Shown piece after piece: positions 1-12,712 of a stretch of DNA of 64,000 nt. This DNA comes from Mobula hypostoma (taxonomy: Eukaryota), in assembly GCF_963921235.1 (NCBI RefSeq), contig NC_086097.1, positions 243,414,001 to 243,478,000 of the forward strand, written 5' to 3'. The notes beneath the pieces were generated by a model that worked only from the letters and a program-made list of their open reading frames with translations, searched no databases and was not told where the DNA came from. A program made the translations under genes and the position numbers. How positions within the stretch are numbered: the stretch's first letter is position 1; every line of letters begins with the position of its first letter.

Positions 1-410
1 GATGAGTAATTTCCCCCCAGCTGATTTCTCACGGCCCTCATTTGAGATTTAATGTTTAGTATTTTTGAGCACTTTTTAATACATGTCGGATCTGGTATGT
101 TTTTGTTGATCTCATTGCTTTCTTTGGAAAATTTTGAAAATAATGTATTAAAAAAAAGAATGCTCTCCATGGTACATCTGCAGAAATTTGCTGGTATCTT
201 TGGTGACATATCAAATCTCCCCAAACTCCGAATGAAATTTAGCCGCCAGTGGACCTTTTTTCATAAATGCCTCAATGTATTGATTAATAGAGATAAATAT
301 CAACAAAAATATATAAATAGAGTTGAATATGACCCATTTGGACTATACTCAAAGTCAGTTCAAAAGCTTTTGCACCTGGTTTCCATTGCAGGTTGAAAAC
401 AACTTGAAGA

Positions 411-534
411 ATGGAAGTTGAGTGGGTGAAGAAATGTTCATTCTTGCTCATATTCCTACAATTGTACAGTCTGTCAATCCACCGCACGGCCTCTGACATT
501 TGCTCGACTCATATCATCTTGCCGGGACCTAAAG
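411..534 (+). CDS. COLEC10: Collectin-10 (CL-L1)-like, first coding exon: signal peptide and Cys-containing N-terminal segment
   Basis: ATG at 411 reads MEVEWVKKCSFLLIFLQLYSLSIHRTASDICSTHIILPGPK+G, then a GT donor at 535 (phase 1). There is an in-frame TGA at 405 and an acceptor ttccattgcag ending at 391. The hydrophobic core and DICSTHIILPGPK resemble human COLEC10 EVCATHTISPGPK (from memory) more than COLEC11 DACSVQILVPGLK. Confidence 0.82.
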
Positions 535-726
535 GTACTGGGAACATACTTCAGATAAGCATCACCTGATTAGTGGTGGAGGGATTCAGCAAATCTGACA
601 GTACCTATCGAGAGAATTAACAGTTGAACATTTGGGCCCATTCCCTTCATTGGGACTGTATGTGTAACTCTGAATTTTCAGTAGCTGTATAATCTCTAGT
701 GTTTAGTGTAGAATCTCTTGTGTTTA

Positions 727-1132
727 GACCATAAATTATATAGGAGCAGAATTGGACCATTTGGCCCATCGTGGCTGCTCCACCAATTCATTGTAGCTGA
801 TCCAATTTTCCTCTCAGCCCCAGTCCCCTGCCTTCACCCCGTATCCCTTCATGCCCTGACCAGTCAAGAACCTATCAACTTCTGCCTTAAATACGCATAA
901 AGACTTGGCCTCCACAGCTGCCTGTGGCAAAGAATTCCTCCATCAGGCTAAAGAAATTGCTCCTCATATCCATTCTAAAAGGATGTCCTTCTGTTCTGTT
1001 CTGAGGCTGTGACCCTTGGTCTTAGATTTTCCCACTATAGAAAACATTCTCTCCACACCCGCCCTATCAAGGCTTTTCACTATTCAAGAGGTTTCAATTA
1101 AGTCATCCCTCATTCTTCTGAATTCCAGTAAA
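727..1132 (-). mobile_element. Older CR1-type LINE 3' fragment
   Basis: Reverse complement shows a degenerate CR1 RT C-terminus and 3' UTR; cut at about 1132 by a younger CR1. Confidence 0.75.
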
Positions 1133-1501
1133 TAGAAACATAGAAACATAGAAAATAGGTGCAGGAGTAGGCCATTCGGCCCTTCGAGCCTGCACCGCCA
1201 TTTATTATGATCATGGCTGATCATCCAACTCAGAACCCAGCCTTCCCTCCATACCCCCTGACCCCTGTAGCCACAAGGGCCATATCTAACTCCCTCTTAA
1301 ACATAGCCAATGAACTGGCCTCAACAGTTTGCTGTGGCAGAGAATTCCACAGATTCACCACTCTCTGTGTGAAGAAGTTTTTCCTAATCTCGGTCCTAAA
1401 AGGCTTCCCCTCTATCCTCAAACTGTGACCCCTCGTTCTGGACTTCCCCAACATCGGGAACAATCTTCCTGCATCTAGCCTGTCCAATCCCTTTAGGATC
1501 T
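1133..1501 (-). mobile_element. Young CR1 family A, 5'-truncated 3' end
   Basis: (tagaaaca)n tail; encodes KGLDRLDAGRLFP...NFFTQRVVNLWNSLP; near-identical to 2834-3471 and 5966-7137. Confidence 0.9.
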
Positions 1502-1502
1502 T

Positions 1503-1788
1503 TAGAAAATAGGTGCAAGAGTAGGCCATTTGGCCCTTCGAGCCTGCACCGCCATTTATTATGATCATGGCTGATCATCCAACTCAGAACCCTGCACCAG
1601 CCTTCCCTCCATACCCCCTGATCCTTTTAGCCACAAGGGCCATATCTAACTCCCTCTTAAATATAGCCAATGAACTGGCCTCATTTCTGTGACAGAGAAT
1701 TCCACAGATTCACCACCCTTTGTGTGAAGAAGTTTTTCCTAATCTCAGTCCTAAAAGGCTTCCCCTTTATCCTCACACTGTGACCCAT
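1503..1788 (-). mobile_element. Second CR1 family A-related 3' end in tandem
   Basis: Repeats tagaaaataggtgca... with small diagnostic differences; abuts Gypsy integrase sequence at about 1789. Confidence 0.85.
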
Positions 1789-2833
1789 AACAATTCTCCC
1801 AGCTGCAATTCTAGCAAACAAGTGTCTTATTTTGACTTGACCATTTTGTAAACTTTCCTTTGCAAGGACAGAAAGCCTACTAAATCCCTTCCAGAATTTG
1901 AAAACATAATTAAGCAGGCTGACACATATTTCTAAATCAGACCATAGTTCTCTGAGTAGGGTCAAAGGTCCTTTTGGCCTGTAACTGAACACAGGTTCCA
2001 ACAAACTACCCTTCACTGCCTTCTGAATTGAATCTCCAACAATAAATAAGGGGAGGGGAACCTCCTCATCCCAGTTTTTCCCATTCTTCACACAATACAT
2101 TTTAATCATGGTCTTAAGAGTTGAGTTGAGTCGTTCCAAGGCTCCCTTGGACACTGTGTGATATGTAGATGACACCATGAGCTTAGCTTCTAATTCTCTA
2201 ACTATCCCCTGGAATGTTCTCGAAGTAAAGTTACTGCCCTGGTCAAATTGAATTTCTCTGGGCAGACCTATCAGTGTGAAAAACTTACTGAATGCTGTTA
2301 CCACAGTCTTTTCCTCAGTGTTTTCAAAAGACACTGCTTCAGGAGACCTAGACACAGCACACACAATTGTTAACACATACTGATAACCAGCTGCAGTCTT
2401 TCACAATGGGCCCACACAATTCACTATGACCCTAGGAAAAAGTACACCAAAAGCAGGTACCGGTTTAAGTAGTGTTACCTGAATAACCTGATTAGATTTC
2501 CCCTCAACTTGACAGGTATGGTCAGTCCTGTAAAAATTCACAACATCCTTTCATAAACTAGGCAAGTAAAATTCCTTCACAATCTTATTCATGGTCTCTC
2601 TCACTTCATGATGTCCACCTGAAGGCATGTTTAAAATTTCAGCCCTGTAACCTTTCAAAACCAGCATGTGACTTGCAAGCATTGTGGCTGGTCTCCACCT
2701 CCTCATCAACACCCAATCTTTAAGGTAATATCCCACTGACTCTCTCTAAACCTCCTCACCTATGAGAGCTATCTCCTTCAAAGCCACCATTCCAGAATCT
2801 CGCTTCTGTTCCTCTGTAAATTCCTTCCTCAAT

Positions 2834-3471
2834 AAACATAGAAACATAGAAACATAGAAAATAGGTGCAGGAGTAGGCCATTCGGCCCTTCGAGCCTGCA
2901 CCGCCATTTATTATGATCATGGCTGATCATCCAACTCAGAACCCAGCCTTCCCTCCATACCCCCTGACCCCTGTAGCCACGAGGGCCTTATCTAACTCCC
3001 TCTTAAACATAGCCAATGAACTGGCCTCAACAGTTTGCTGTGGCAGAGAATTCCACAGATTCACCACTCTCTGTGTGAAGAAGTTTTTCCTAATCTCGGT
3101 CCTAAAAGGCTTCCCCTCTATCCTCAAACTGTGACCCCTCGTTCTGGACCTCCCCAACATCGGGAACAATCTTCCCACATCTAGCCTGTCCAATCCCTTT
3201 AGGATCTTATACGTTTCAATCAGATCCCCCCTCAATCTTCTAAATTCCAACGAGTACAAGCCCAGTTCATCCAGTCTTTCTTCATATGAAAGACCTGCCA
3301 TCCCAGGAATCAATCTGGTGAACCTTCTTTGTACTCCCTCTATGGCAAAGATGTCTTTCCTCAGATTAGGGGACCAAAACTGCACACAATACTCCAGGTG
3401 TGGTCTCACCAAGGCCTTGTACAACTGCAGTAGTACCTCCCTGCTCCTGTACTCAAATCCTCTCGCTATAA
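2834..3471 (-). mobile_element. Young CR1 family A 3' fragment inserted in Gypsy pol
   Basis: ORF 2936..3424 YKALVRPHLEYCVQFWSP...; (tagaaaca)n tail. Confidence 0.92.
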
Positions 3472-3665
3472 AGACAAACCTTTCTCATACACCTTACTCT
3501 TATCATCAGCTTTACTACCCTCTAAGTCCTGCTGAAATCTGGATGGTAGAAAAGTCTGCATCACATCATCATAATTTAAACCTCTGGTTTTGCTATCATA
3601 GGCCTCAACAGGCTGCTTACTCATCAGCTGAATTGCTGAAACACTCTTATCTTGGAGAGGTGTCA

Positions 3666-5512
3666 ACATAGAAACCATAGAAACCATAGAAACTACAGCA
3701 CAGAAACAGGCCTTTTGGCCCTTCTTGGCTGTGCCGAACCACTTTCTGCCTAGTCCCACTGACCTGCACACGGACCATATCCCTCCATACACCTCCCATC
3801 CATGTATCTGTCCAATTTATTCTTAAACGTTAAAAAAGAACCCGCATTTACCACCTCGTCTGGCAGCTCATTCCATACTCCCACCACTCTCTGTGTGAAG
3901 AAGCCCCCACTAATATTCCCTTTAAACTTTTTCCCCCTCACCCTTAACCCATGTCCTCTGGTTTTTCTCTCCCCTTGCATCAGTGGAAAAAGCCTGCTTG
4001 CATTCACTCTATCTATACCCATCATAATTTTATATACCTCTATCAAATCTCCCCTCATTCTTCTACGCTCCAGGGAATAAAGTCCTAACCTATTCAACCT
4101 TTCTCTGTAACTGAGTTTCTCAAGTCCCAGCAACATCCTTGTAAACCTTCTCTGCACTCTTTCAACCTTATTTATATCCTTCCTGCAATTTGGTGACCAA
4201 AACTGAACACAATACTCCAGATTCGGTCTCACCAATGCCTTATACAACCTCATCATAACATTCCAGCTCTTATACTCAATACTTTGATTAATAAAGGCCA
4301 ATGTACCAAAAGCTCTCTTTACGACCCTACCTACTTGTGACGCCACTTTTAGGGAATTTTGTATCTGTATTTCCAGATCCCTCTGTTCTACTGCACTCCT
4401 CAGTGCATTACCATTAACCCTGTATGTTCTACCTTGCTTTGTCCTTCCAACGTGCAATACCTCACACTTGTCTGTATTAAACTCCATCTGCCATTTTTCA
4501 GCCCATTTTTCCAGCTGGTCCAAGTCCCTCTGCAGGCTCTGAAAACCTTCCTCACTGTCTACTACACCTCCAATCTTTGTATCATCAGCAAACTTGCTGA
4601 TCCAATTTACCACATTATCATCCAGATCATTGATATAGATGACAAATAACAATGGACCCAGCACTGATCCCTGTGGCACACCACTAGTCACAGGCCTCCA
4701 CTCAGAAGCAATTCTCTACCACCACTCTCTGGCTTCTTCCATCGAGCCAATGTCTAATCCAATTTACCACCTCTCCATGTATACCTAGCGACTGAATTTT
4801 CCTAACTAACCTCCCATGCGGGACCTTGTCAAAGGCCTTACTGAAGTCCATGTAGACAATATCCACTGCCTTCCCTTCATCCACTTTCCTGGTAACCTCC
4901 TCGAAAAACTCCAACAGATTGGTCAAACATGACCTACCACACACAAAGCCATGTTGACTCTCCCTAATAAGTCCCTGTCCACCCAAATGCTTGTAGATTC
5001 TGTCTCTTAATACTCCCTCCAATAACTTACCTACTACCAACGTTAAACTTACCGGCCTATAATTTCCCAGATTACTTTTCGATCCTTTTTTAAACAACGG
5101 AACAACATGTGCCACTCTCCAATCCTCCGGCACCTCATCTGTAGACAGCGACATTTGAAATATTTCTGCCAGGGCCCCTGCAATTTCAACACTAGTCTCC
5201 TTCAAGGTCCGAGGGAATACCCCGTCAGGTCCCTGGGATTTATCCACTTTAATTTTCCTCAAGACAGCAAGGACCTCCTCCTTTTCCATCTGTACAGTTT
5301 CCATGATCTCACTACTTGTTTCCCTTAACTCCATAGACTTCATGCCAGTTTCCTTAGTAAATACAGATGCAAAAAACCTATTTAAGATCTCCCCCATTTC
5401 CTTTGGTTCCGCACATAGCCAACCACTCTGATCTTCAAAAGGACCAATTTTATCCCTTACAATCCTTTTGCTCTTAATATACCTGTAAAAGCTCTTTGGA
5501 TTATCCTCCACT
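3666..5512 (-). mobile_element. Young CR1 family B, RT domain and 3' end, inserted in Gypsy
   Basis: ORFs 4702..5511 and 3750..4691 ([32 protein letters not shown]) with one frameshift near 4700; (catagaaac)n tail. Confidence 0.93.
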
Positions 5513-5965
5513 ATTTACAAAACTCAGTACCATTATCAGGCAGATGAGAATATGAAAGAGGCCAAATAATCTCTATATCAACTTTCTCTGACCTTCACCA
5601 CGACTTGTTTCCATAGCAACTTCCACTCTAAAACTATAACAATTATTCTTTTCCTCAACAACATTACATTGAATAATATTATGACCTTGCAGGTGCTCAA
5701 ATGTCCAGACAAAATTCAACAAACTAGCACATCCTCTCTCAGCAGGCCTTTGTCCTGCAAGCAAGGTCAAAGGTCGCTCAACCAATCCAACCTTTCCCAG
5801 CACTTTATCTAAAAGTCCAGGAACAGCACTTTTCCCATTATTGCCCATCAATTACCTCACCAATTTCCACTTCATGACTAACTTTTAAAACACTTTTTAA
5901 TACAAGTAACTGAGAATTCTCACATTCCACTGGTACCAAGGTTAAGCCCTTATTCACTGAACCAA

Positions 5966-7137
5966 GACAAGGTCCCACACAGGAGATTAGTGTGCAAACT
6001 TAAAGCACACGGTATTGGGGGTAAGGTATTGGTGTGGGTGGAGAATTGGTTAGCAGACAGGAAGCAAAGAGTGGGAATAAACGGGACCTTTTCAGAATGG
6101 CAGGCGGTGACTAGTGGGGTACCGCAAGGCTCAGTGCTGGGACCCCAGTTGTTTACAATATATATTAATGACTTGGATGAGGGAATTAAATGCAGCATCT
6201 CCAAGTTTGCGGATGACACGAAGCTGGGTGGCAGTGTTAGCTGTGAGGAGGATGCTAAGCGGATGCAGGGTGACTTGGATAGGTTGGGTGAGTGGGCAAA
6301 TTCATGGCAGATGCAATTTAATGTGGATAAATGTGAAGTTATCCACATTGGTGGCAAAAATAGGAAAACAGATTATTATCTGAATGGTGGCCGATTAGGA
6401 AAAGGGGAGGTGCAACGAGACCTGGGTGTCATTATACACCAGTCATTGAAAGTGGGCATGCAGGTACAGCAGGCGGTGAAAAAGGCGAATGGTATGCTGG
6501 CATTTATAGCGAGAGGATTCGAGTACAGGAGCAGGGAGGTACTACTGCAGTTGTACAAGGCCTTGGTGAGACCACACCTGGAGTATTGTGTGCAGTTTTG
6601 GTCCCCTAATCTGAGGAAAGTCATCTTTGCCATAGAGGGAGTACAAAGAAGGTTCACCAGATTGATTCCTGGGATGGCAGGTCTTTCATATGAAGAAAGA
6701 CTGGATGAACTGGGCTTGTACTCGTTGGAATTTAGAAGATTGAGGGGGGATCTGATTGAAACGTATAAGATCCTAAAGGGATTGGACAGGCTAGATGCGG
6801 GAAGATTGTTCCCGATGTTGGGGAGGTCCAGAACGAGGGGTCACAGTTTGAGGATAGAGGGGAAGCCTTTTAGGACCGAGATTAGGAAAAACTTCTTCAC
6901 ACAGAGCGTGGTGAATCTGTGGAATTCTCTGCCACAGCAAACTGTTGAGGCCAGTTCATTAGCTATGTTTAAAAGGAAGTTAGATATGGCCCTTATGGCT
7001 ACAGGGGTCAGGGGGTATGGAGGGAAGGCTGGGTTCTGTGTTGGATGATCAGCCATGATCATAATAAATGGCGGTGCAGGCTCGAAGGGCCGAATGGCCT
7101 ACTCCTGCACCTATTTTCTATGTTTCTATGTTTCTAT
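5966..7137 (+). mobile_element. Young CR1 family A, RT C-terminal half and 3' end
   Basis: Uninterrupted 352 aa ORF 5990..7048 with [10 protein letters not shown] and KFADD; (ttctatgt)n tail. Confidence 0.93.
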
Positions 7138-8078
7138 CTGACACAAAAAAACTGCATTCCTTTTCAACCAAGTCAGACACCTCCGACTTCAACTGAACTT
7201 TAACATAGGGTTCAGAATCCTGTGAATTCACAGGTACTTCCACAACCTGAACACATTCAATCGCAACAGCTGCCTCTTCTGAGCCGTCATCACATGTCCC
7301 AGTTTCAAATTCAAAGTCACCCCAAACCTCACAGCTATGCTCTGGCAAACTCTTTCCTGGAGTAAACTCAACCTCGTGGGTTAAAACTTCTTCATCTGCT
7401 TTCTTATCAAACCCCTGCAGGGTAGCAGCATCCTCTGCCACTGGGTATGCCTTTACCTCATCAAGAACACAATTATTAAATTTATCACACAAAACAAGCC
7501 CTTCCGAGCTGTAAAAATCATCAGGGTCCGACACTAAACCTCTTTGCTGCAACTTTTAAACTGTCTCTGCCTTTCTGCCAAGTGATCTTCACGTTGCCAT
7601 TTCTCCCTCTCGAGCTGTCTCTGTCTTTCTGCCTCTTCTCTCTGTTTTGCTGCCTCTCTCGCCTCACGGACCCTCCTCTTTTCTGCTTCAACAGCCTCGA
7701 GCTGTTTTAATTTCAATTCATGCTCCATTCTTAATTTTTCCAGCTGAAGCTGAAGCTTATTCTCAGCACATTCACCTTCCACGAACAACTCTAACGCCTC
7801 CTCATCAACCATTCCCTTATCTATAAAATGCTGGGCTATTATCGTCTGTATCTGAGCTCTCCTCATTATAGTGGTCACCTTCAGTTTTAACTTTTGAACA
7901 ATTCCCAACAGCACAACCCTCGTAGCATCATCCAACGCTTCCCAACATAAACTCCTCAACACTAACATCCATTTCTGCTGTATTTCCACACAACCAAATC
8001 GAAAGAGATTTTCCCCCAATCAATTCAAACCAGCCTCCCGACCAATTTTTTCTTATCGCAGCTGCAGGCCCCAATTTA

Positions 8079-9016
8079 TGTCACGAACCCCGTGACGGGA
8101 ATAAAGAACCAGCAGAGATGGAAAACACCTTGAAGTCCAGTTTTGCTATAAACTAATAATATTTATCAGTAACTATGCAATACAGAAATATAAATGTAAA
8201 TAAATCAAACAGGTTAGCAATGATTACATATATATATGTAAGTATATCAATAAGTGTGGAAATATATGTGTGAAAAACCAAGCTTCTTTAAGTCTAGGGG
8301 TAAAAATATACAGTCTAACGATGATGAGTAAAGTTCAGTTCAGTTCAGTTCGCGGTATTTAGTTGTGTAGTGATGGAGAAAGAGAGAGAGATTTGAGTCT
8401 TCAGGTGAGCTGACGCCCTCGATCTTCTCGTTGTCCTTCGAAATTGTTTAAAAGTCACTGACTGTGACTTTAACAAAGGGGACCGGTTTTCTGTGGTGCA
8501 GCTATCACCCAGGCGAGGGTGGACACATGGACAACTCCCCACCACTCAACCCTTTTTCTTCTTTTCACTGTAAGAGTGATGGATCGATCCATCTGATCGA
8601 TCCTCCAAAATCCACTTTTTCTGTGGACACAACAGTGCTCATTCAGTGTCCAGAACATGTGTCTGAGGTCTGTATCATCTGACCTCCTATTTTATCTTCC
8701 CGTGCTGAGCGTCAACTGTCATTCAAATAATCTCTCCTTCCTCTCTCTGTGAAAGAAATGCAAGCAGGCAAAAATCCTTGAAGTAGTATCAACAACCTGC
8801 CTTCGGTCACCATGGCAACCTTACAGCTGCTCGGTGCCATCTCCAACTCCAAACTCAGTAGAAATCCGAAGTTATTTCCAGTGCCTTAAAGTGACAGTCC
8901 AACCAGTTAATTTTCGTCTCTCTCTCTCTCTTTTACAAACAAGCTATCAATGTTTAATAACTCTCTCTCTCTTTTCAAAAGCACAGTTAATAGGGGTACT
9001 TCAGGATCCCGTCACA
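8079..9016 (-). repeat. 5' LTR of the Gypsy element (about 940 bp)
   Basis: TG...CA termini (+ strand tgtcacgaac...cccgtcaca). Followed on the minus strand by taaattggggcc, a degenerate PBS-like TGGGG motif, and then gag. Confidence 0.75.
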
Positions 9017-10760
9017 GTCGGCCCTCTAGAAATTCCCCCTCCTGCAATCCAGCACCAATCAGATTTCCCCAATCTATCTGTATATTGAAGTCCTCCATGA
9101 CTATTGTAACAATGCCCTTTTGCCATGCATTTTCTATCTCCCATTGTAGTTTGTAGGCCACATCCTTACTACTGTTTGGCGGTCTGTATCCAACTCCCAT
9201 CGGGGTCTTTTTACCATTGCAGTTCTTCACCTCTATCTATAATGATTCAACACCTTCTGACCCCATTTCACTTCTTTCTAATGATTTGATTTCATTTTTT
9301 ACTTACAAAGCAACACCACCCCTCTGCCTTCCTGCCTGTCCTTTTGATACAATGTATATCCTTGGACATTAAGCTCCCAGCTATAATCTTTCAGCCGTGA
9401 CTCAGTGATGCCTACAACATCATATCTGCCAATATGCAACTGTGCTGCAGATTCTCCTACCATATTCTGTATTCTCAGCACATTCACCTTCAGTCTTGCA
9501 TTCACCCTTTTCAAATTTGTTGCACCATGCTCAACCTTTTGAATCCAAACTTTATCTAAAGTCTTACCAACTTCAGCCTCCACAAACTCTCCACTAACAG
9601 GTCTGGCACCCTGGTTCCCATTCCCTGCAAACTCTAGTTTAAGCCTCACCAGACAGCATTAACAAACCTTCCTGCTTGGATATTTCTCCCCCTCCAGTTC
9701 AGGTGCAAACTGTCCCTTTTGCACAGGTCCCACCTTCCTTGGAAGAGAGCCCGATGATCCAAAAATCTTACGCCCTCCCATCTACACCAACTCCTTAGCC
9801 ATATATTAAACTGTATAATCTTCCTAGTTCTAGCCTCACTAACACATGGCACATACTTTAGTCAGAGGGTGGTAGATCTGTGGAATTTGTCGCCACGAGC
9901 AGCTGTAGAGGCCAGGTGATTGGGTGTATTTAAGGCAGAAATAGATAGGTTCTTGATTAGCCAGGGCATGAAAGGGTATGGGGAGAAGGATTATTGGAGC
10001 AGCCCATGATTGAATGGCGGAGCAGACTTGATGGCCCGAGTAGTCTAGTTCTGCTCCTATTTCTTATGGTCTTATGGTTTTTAACATGGCACCTAACTCC
10101 CTGAACTCCCCATGTAGGAACCTGCCCATGTCATTGGTACCTCACTGGATCACAACCTCTGGCTGTTCACCCTCCCACTTAAGAATGCTGAGGGCTCGAC
10201 TTGAGATATCCTGGACCTGGCACTCGGGAGGCAACATAGCATCCAGGGATCTTGTTCTCTCCCACAGAACATCCTGGCCATTCCCCTAACTAATGAATCC
10301 CCTATCACTACAGCGTGCCTCGTCTCCTCCCTTCCCATCTGAGTCACAGAGGCAGACTCAGTACCAGAGACCTGACCACTGTGACTTCCCTCTGTTCGGT
10401 CATCCCCCTGACAGCATACAAAGCAATATACCTATTGTCGACGCGGTTGGCCACAGGGGTACTCTGCACTGGCTCTTTAACCCCTTTCTCCTTCCTGACC
10501 ATCACCCAGTTTCCTGGGCCCTGTACCTTGGGTGTAACTACCTCCTCTATATGTCCTATCACCTCTTCAGCCTCCCGAATGATCTGGAGTTCATTCAATT
10601 CCAGCTCCAACTATTCAACACGGTTTGTTAGAAGTTGTGGCTAGATGCAGGGAGACATTGGAGATCTGCCAGCCTTCCCACATTCTGCAAGAGCAGCATT
10701 GCACTATCCTACTTGACATCTCCACTGTCGTATCTGAGCAGAGGTAAAGAAGAGAAGGAA
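9017..10760 (-). mobile_element. Decayed CR1 5' half: ORF1 (zipper and SGNH esterase) and ORF2 APE endonuclease start
   Basis: AVVIGDSLVRG, FNIWLRSWC...RFLDH and LHLNWRG (esterase); YDVVGITES and GVGYRPPNS (endonuclease). Confidence 0.85.
9856..10080 (+). mobile_element. CR1 3' end inserted in CR1 ORF1
   Basis: tttagtcagagggtggtagatctgtgg... ending in a (ttatggtc)n tail. Confidence 0.8.
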
Positions 10761-11172
10761 AAAACTTGAGTTTTTCTTTCCTTCGCTTTCTCTGACTGAA
10801 GCCTCAGGGAGCTAAAGCCTGAAAATCACCACTCTGTCTGTGTCTACTCCAATGAAGGCTGCTACACTTGCCCCTGCCTTCGTTTAAGTTGCTCTTACTA
10901 ATTAATCCCGAACGCCGATTGGCCACCGGCCAAAAGCTTTATTATGCTGCCGCGAACTGCTCCTGCCTTTCATCCTTGGCAGTAGACGTGATTAAAGTCC
11001 CTTCCTTTCCAAACTTCCAAAGTCCAGATTGGCTGCTGGTCAAAGCTGTAGTCAAGTTTAGTGTTGAACAGATTTCTTCATGGCAGTAAGAACAAAGTAA
11101 ATCTGATTGCGCTTTCATGCCGCTGATTTTCCAAACAATTCCCTCTCTTACCTTTAACAAGTGGGACGAGAG

Positions 11173-11850
11173 ATAGTCATAGTCATACTTTACTGATCCC
11201 GGGGGAAGTTGGTTTTCGTTACAGTTGCACCATAAATAATTAAATAGTAATAAAACCATAAATAGTTAAATAGTAATATGTAAATTATGCCAGGAAATAA
11301 GTCCAGGACCAGCCTATTGGCTCAGGATGTCTGACCCTCCAAGGGAGGAGTTGTAAAGTTTGATGGCCACAGGCAGGAATGACTTCCTATGACGCTCTGT
11401 GTTGTATCTCGGTGGAATGAGTCTCTGGCTGAATGTACTCCTGTGCCCAACCAGTACATTATGTAGTGGATGGGAGACATTGTCCAAGATGGCATGCAAC
11501 TTGGACAGCATCCTCTTTTCAGATACCACCGTCAGAGAGTCCAGTTCCATCCCCACAACATCACCGGCCTTACGAATGAGTTTGTTGATTCTGTTGGTGA
11601 CCCTCAGCCTGCTGCCCCAGCACACAACAGCAAACATGATCGCACTGGCCACCACAGACTCATAGAACATCCTCAGCATCGTCCGACAGATGTTAAAGGA
11701 CCTCAGTCTCCTCAGGATATAGAGACGGCTCTGACCATTCTTGTAGACAGCCTCAGTGTTCTTTGACCAGTCCAGTTTATTGTCAATTCGTATCCCCAGG
11801 TATTTGTAATCCTCCACCATGTCCACACTGACCCCCTGGATTGAAACAGG
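11173..11850 (-). mobile_element. Rex1/Babar-type LINE 3' fragment
   Basis: ORF 11314..11826 YKYLGIRIDNKLDW...SFLPVAIKLYN; (tatgac)n tail. Confidence 0.85.
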
Positions 11851-11994
11851 AATAGGAAATAGTCAGTTCAATACCCAACACAGTTTTCATGCAATGTAAC
11901 CTGAACAAAAGCAAGGGTAATATATTAGAAATGGGGTAAGAAAATAATGATTTGATAAAAGATGGAATGATATTTTATTAGTTTTATCTGGAAA

Positions 11995-12212
11995 TAAAGT
12001 ATAGTAACAGGCCCTTTCAGCCCAATGAAACCGCACTGCCCATTTGCACTCCTGCGACCAATTAATCTCGTAACCCGTGCGTCTTTGGAGTTTGGGTGGA
12101 AACCATACTACCCGGTCGTGGGGAGAATTTACAAAGGCCTTGCAGTCAGTGATGGAAATTGAACTCAGTTTGCTGGATCTGTAAGAGCATTACACCAACC
12201 ACTACACTGCCA
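11995..12212 (-). mobile_element. tRNA-derived V-SINE/HE1-like SINE
   Basis: Reverse complement has a tRNA-like head (gcagtgtagtggttggtgta) and a ggtttccacccaaactccaaagacg core. Confidence 0.6.
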
Positions 12213-12712
12213 TTTTGATCAGCATTGTAGGACAAAGGATGAATACTTCTTAAAGTCATCGCACCTTGATAAAATGGCTAATTCCACAATCAAATACGTA
12301 AGGAAAAATGCATGCAAATTTGATTCTGACACTCAAGAATTGAGTAGGTGAAATTAAATATAGGGGATGCTTTACCTCATGCTGTGAAGCTGTGTATTTT
12401 TGGGAAGACATAAAAATAATGTTCTAGATATCCTTCTTTATTGATTTAAATATATCCTTCTGGCTATAGAAATTCCTCCTTATCTCTTTTGGAAATTAAA
12501 ATTAAATCTTGTCAAACACTGGGTGCTTTGTCCAAGGATCAAAGGATGCTGGAATGAAAGGCCAATCATAGGAGGAGGCTGTGGGCCTGTACTCACTTGA
12601 ATTCAGAAGAATGAGGGATGATCTCATTGACAACCTATCAAATAATTGAAAGGCCGAGATAGAGTGAAATTGGAGGGGATGTTTCCTATAGTGGAGGAGT
12701 CTAGGACCAGAA

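Larger units (their letters stand above)
1789..9016 (-). mobile_element. Decayed Gypsy/Ty3 LTR retrotransposon (5' LTR, gag, integrase), split by three CR1 insertions, 3' part missing
   Basis: LTR at 8079-9016; gag-like coiled-coil ORF at 8019-7534; integrase zinc-finger region GYYLKDWVLMRRWRP...GHHEVRET...KEFY at 2736-2551; integrase core EIQFDQGSNFTS...GALERLNSTLKTM at 2376-1789. Remaining pieces at 3472-3665, 5513-5965 and 7138-8078. Confidence 0.85.

Noticed and set aside
52..396. 114-aa ORF as a host gene
   Set aside because: Partly the antisense of a Rex1-like remnant (about 155-280) with no recognisable domain; the real exon starts at 392/411.
1681..2376. Integrase-CR1 fusion gene
   Set aside because: Junction artefact of a CR1 3' end abutting a decayed Gypsy integrase.
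5990..7048. Reverse transcriptases as retron, DGR or group II intron systems
   Set aside because: Motifs, microsatellite tails and 5' truncation identify them as CR1-type non-LTR retrotransposons.
7534..8019. Host coiled-coil protein exon
   Set aside because: Lies directly after the LTR and PBS-like site and fits Gypsy gag.
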